From positions 30,876,001-30,940,000 of the forward strand of contig NC_043005.1 in assembly GCF_006345805.1 (NCBI RefSeq): DNA of 64,000 bases, given 5' to 3'. The position numbers and the translations under genes were made by a program. Every line of letters starts with the position of its first letter. Within the stretch, counting starts at the first letter, position 1. The DNA is from Octopus sinensis. Its lineage: Eukaryota. Positions 62,714-64,000 of the stretch are shown one piece after another. The notes under the pieces were generated by a model, which saw nothing but the letters and a program-made list of their open reading frames with translations, was not told the origin of the DNA and did not search any database.

Positions 62714-62871
62714 TATATATATATATATATATGTAAACTCTGGTTTCTCTTCACTCCGAGTGGATAAATCTTTTGCCTTTTACTAAAGATTTTCGTGGGG
62801 AGGAACATTTTAATGAGTCTATAGACTTATTTTGCAAGCCTCATCTAACCATGAGGCGATAAGTATTATAG

Positions 62872-62975
62872 GCACAGGAGTGGCTATGTAGTAAGTAATT
62901 TGCTTACCAACCACATAGTTCCGGGTTCAGTTGCACTGCATGGCACCTTGGGCAAGTGTCTTCTACTATAGCCTT
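62872..62975 (+). mobile_element. SINE family A head fragment
   Basis: GGCACAGGAGTGGCTATG...GGTTCAGTTGCACTGCATGGCACCTTGGGCAAGTGTCTTCTACTATAGCC. Confidence 0.85.
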
Positions 62976-63322
62976 TCCTTAAACACAAGATATAATCTTC
63001 AAATTTAGGATGTTTTTGAAAGACCCTATATTTTATAATCAGATTATATATACTTTCTCACACAATTAAGATATATTTATTTTTAATTATTTATTTATTT
63101 TAAATCGTTCATCTTCCTCCCCCTTCTCTCACACACACATTACTTTGGGTGCGAAAAATGTTTTGTTGAGAATTCAATTATTTAACAACAAAGAAACAAA
63201 GCGGTAGGTAACAATTTGTCAGAGAATTACACAATATATGGGTACAATTTCCAAGGCTTCCACCACACCCCACATGGGGAAATTATTATTATGTATGTAT
63301 AATAATAATAATAATAAATGTA

Positions 63323-63473
63323 TTGGCGTTAGGAAGGGCATCCAGCCGTAGAAACACTGCCAGATTTGACTGGGCCTGATGAAGCCTTCTGGCTTCACAG
63401 ACCCCAATAGAACCGTCCAACCCATGCTAGCATGGAAAACGGACGCTAAACGATGATGATGATGATGATGATG
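63323..63473 (+). mobile_element. Short RTE-tail element (~140 bp)
   Basis: 4 substitutions versus 62568-62713; same 5' end. Confidence 0.88.
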
Positions 63474-63710
63474 TATATAGCTAATAATGATAATAAAAAT
63501 AATAAGTAGGTGTAAACACATGAACAAAATAAAAATAAACTAAAACAAAACAGGAGATACAAATATTACAGGCACTTCTCTCCCACTAACTAAACATGGA
63601 CACACATAGAGGTATACGCATGCGCAAATGACGACACATACAATAGAAATACAAAATGGCTGACCGTTAGTAAGGAGAGACACACGAATAAGAAAGAAGA
63701 AAGCAAAGGA

Positions 63711-63750
63711 CCACTGATGAGGTCACAGGAGTGTGACGAAAGAACTCTGG
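63711..63750 (+). ncRNA. Minimal type I hammerhead ribozyme motif
   Basis: CCA-CTGATGA-G-GTCACA(GGAG)TGTGAC-GAAA-G(AA)C-TC-TGG: stem I CCA/TGG, intact CUGAUGA and GAAA cores, 6-bp stem II, short stem III, CUC cleavage triplet. Confidence 0.75.
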
Positions 63751-64000
63751 CCGAAATAAGATTAAGATTAATGTAAAAAATAAATCACGCTGTAGCAAAG
63801 TAAAACCAAATATATAGTGCGTGTGTTTTTATTGGCTAAAATGGCAAAATGACCATTCCTAAATACAACAATATATATATAGACCACCAAAGTGGATTCC
63901 TAATAAGCTAAAGATAGACGCCAAATCGCCTTACCTCGAAGAGTGTGTTCTCAAGAAAAATTTCAGCAAATGCCAGAATATAAAAATGAGCAAGACAAAT

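Overview
This is eukaryotic, AT-rich, repeat-dense DNA. The RTE 3' tails ending in (GAT)n, the tRNA-headed SINEs and the abundant (TA)n/(CA)n runs match what I recall of Octopus (coleoid cephalopod) genomes; that assignment is pattern recognition, not a database hit. One host gene is present: an ANKRD13C-like gene on the + strand. I could delimit 12 coding exons (4637-50204, 1208 nt, about 402 codons) with GT-AG borders and fully consistent phases. The N-terminal exon(s) lie upstream of the window. The rest is intron, 3' UTR and intergenic sequence filled with degraded mobile elements: three Ty3/gypsy pieces, RTE, CR1-type, Dong/R4-type and Penelope retroelements, mariner, maT and Tigger-type transposons, piggyBac-like MITEs and three SINE families. 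Most ORFs in the supplied track are spurious or transposon remnants. The main items worth follow-up are: an intact-core minimal hammerhead ribozyme (63711-63750) plus a variant one (48632-48668); an interleaved A-B-A'-B' inverted duplication that equals a circularly permuted reverse copy (43958-44106); a long intronic fold-back (10055-10620); two gypsy derivatives that both lack protease and RT; CpG-biased decay of the transposons; and five Asn codons that A-to-I editing would convert to the residue I recall in vertebrate ANKRD13C. No prokaryotic-type system (CRISPR, operon) is supported.
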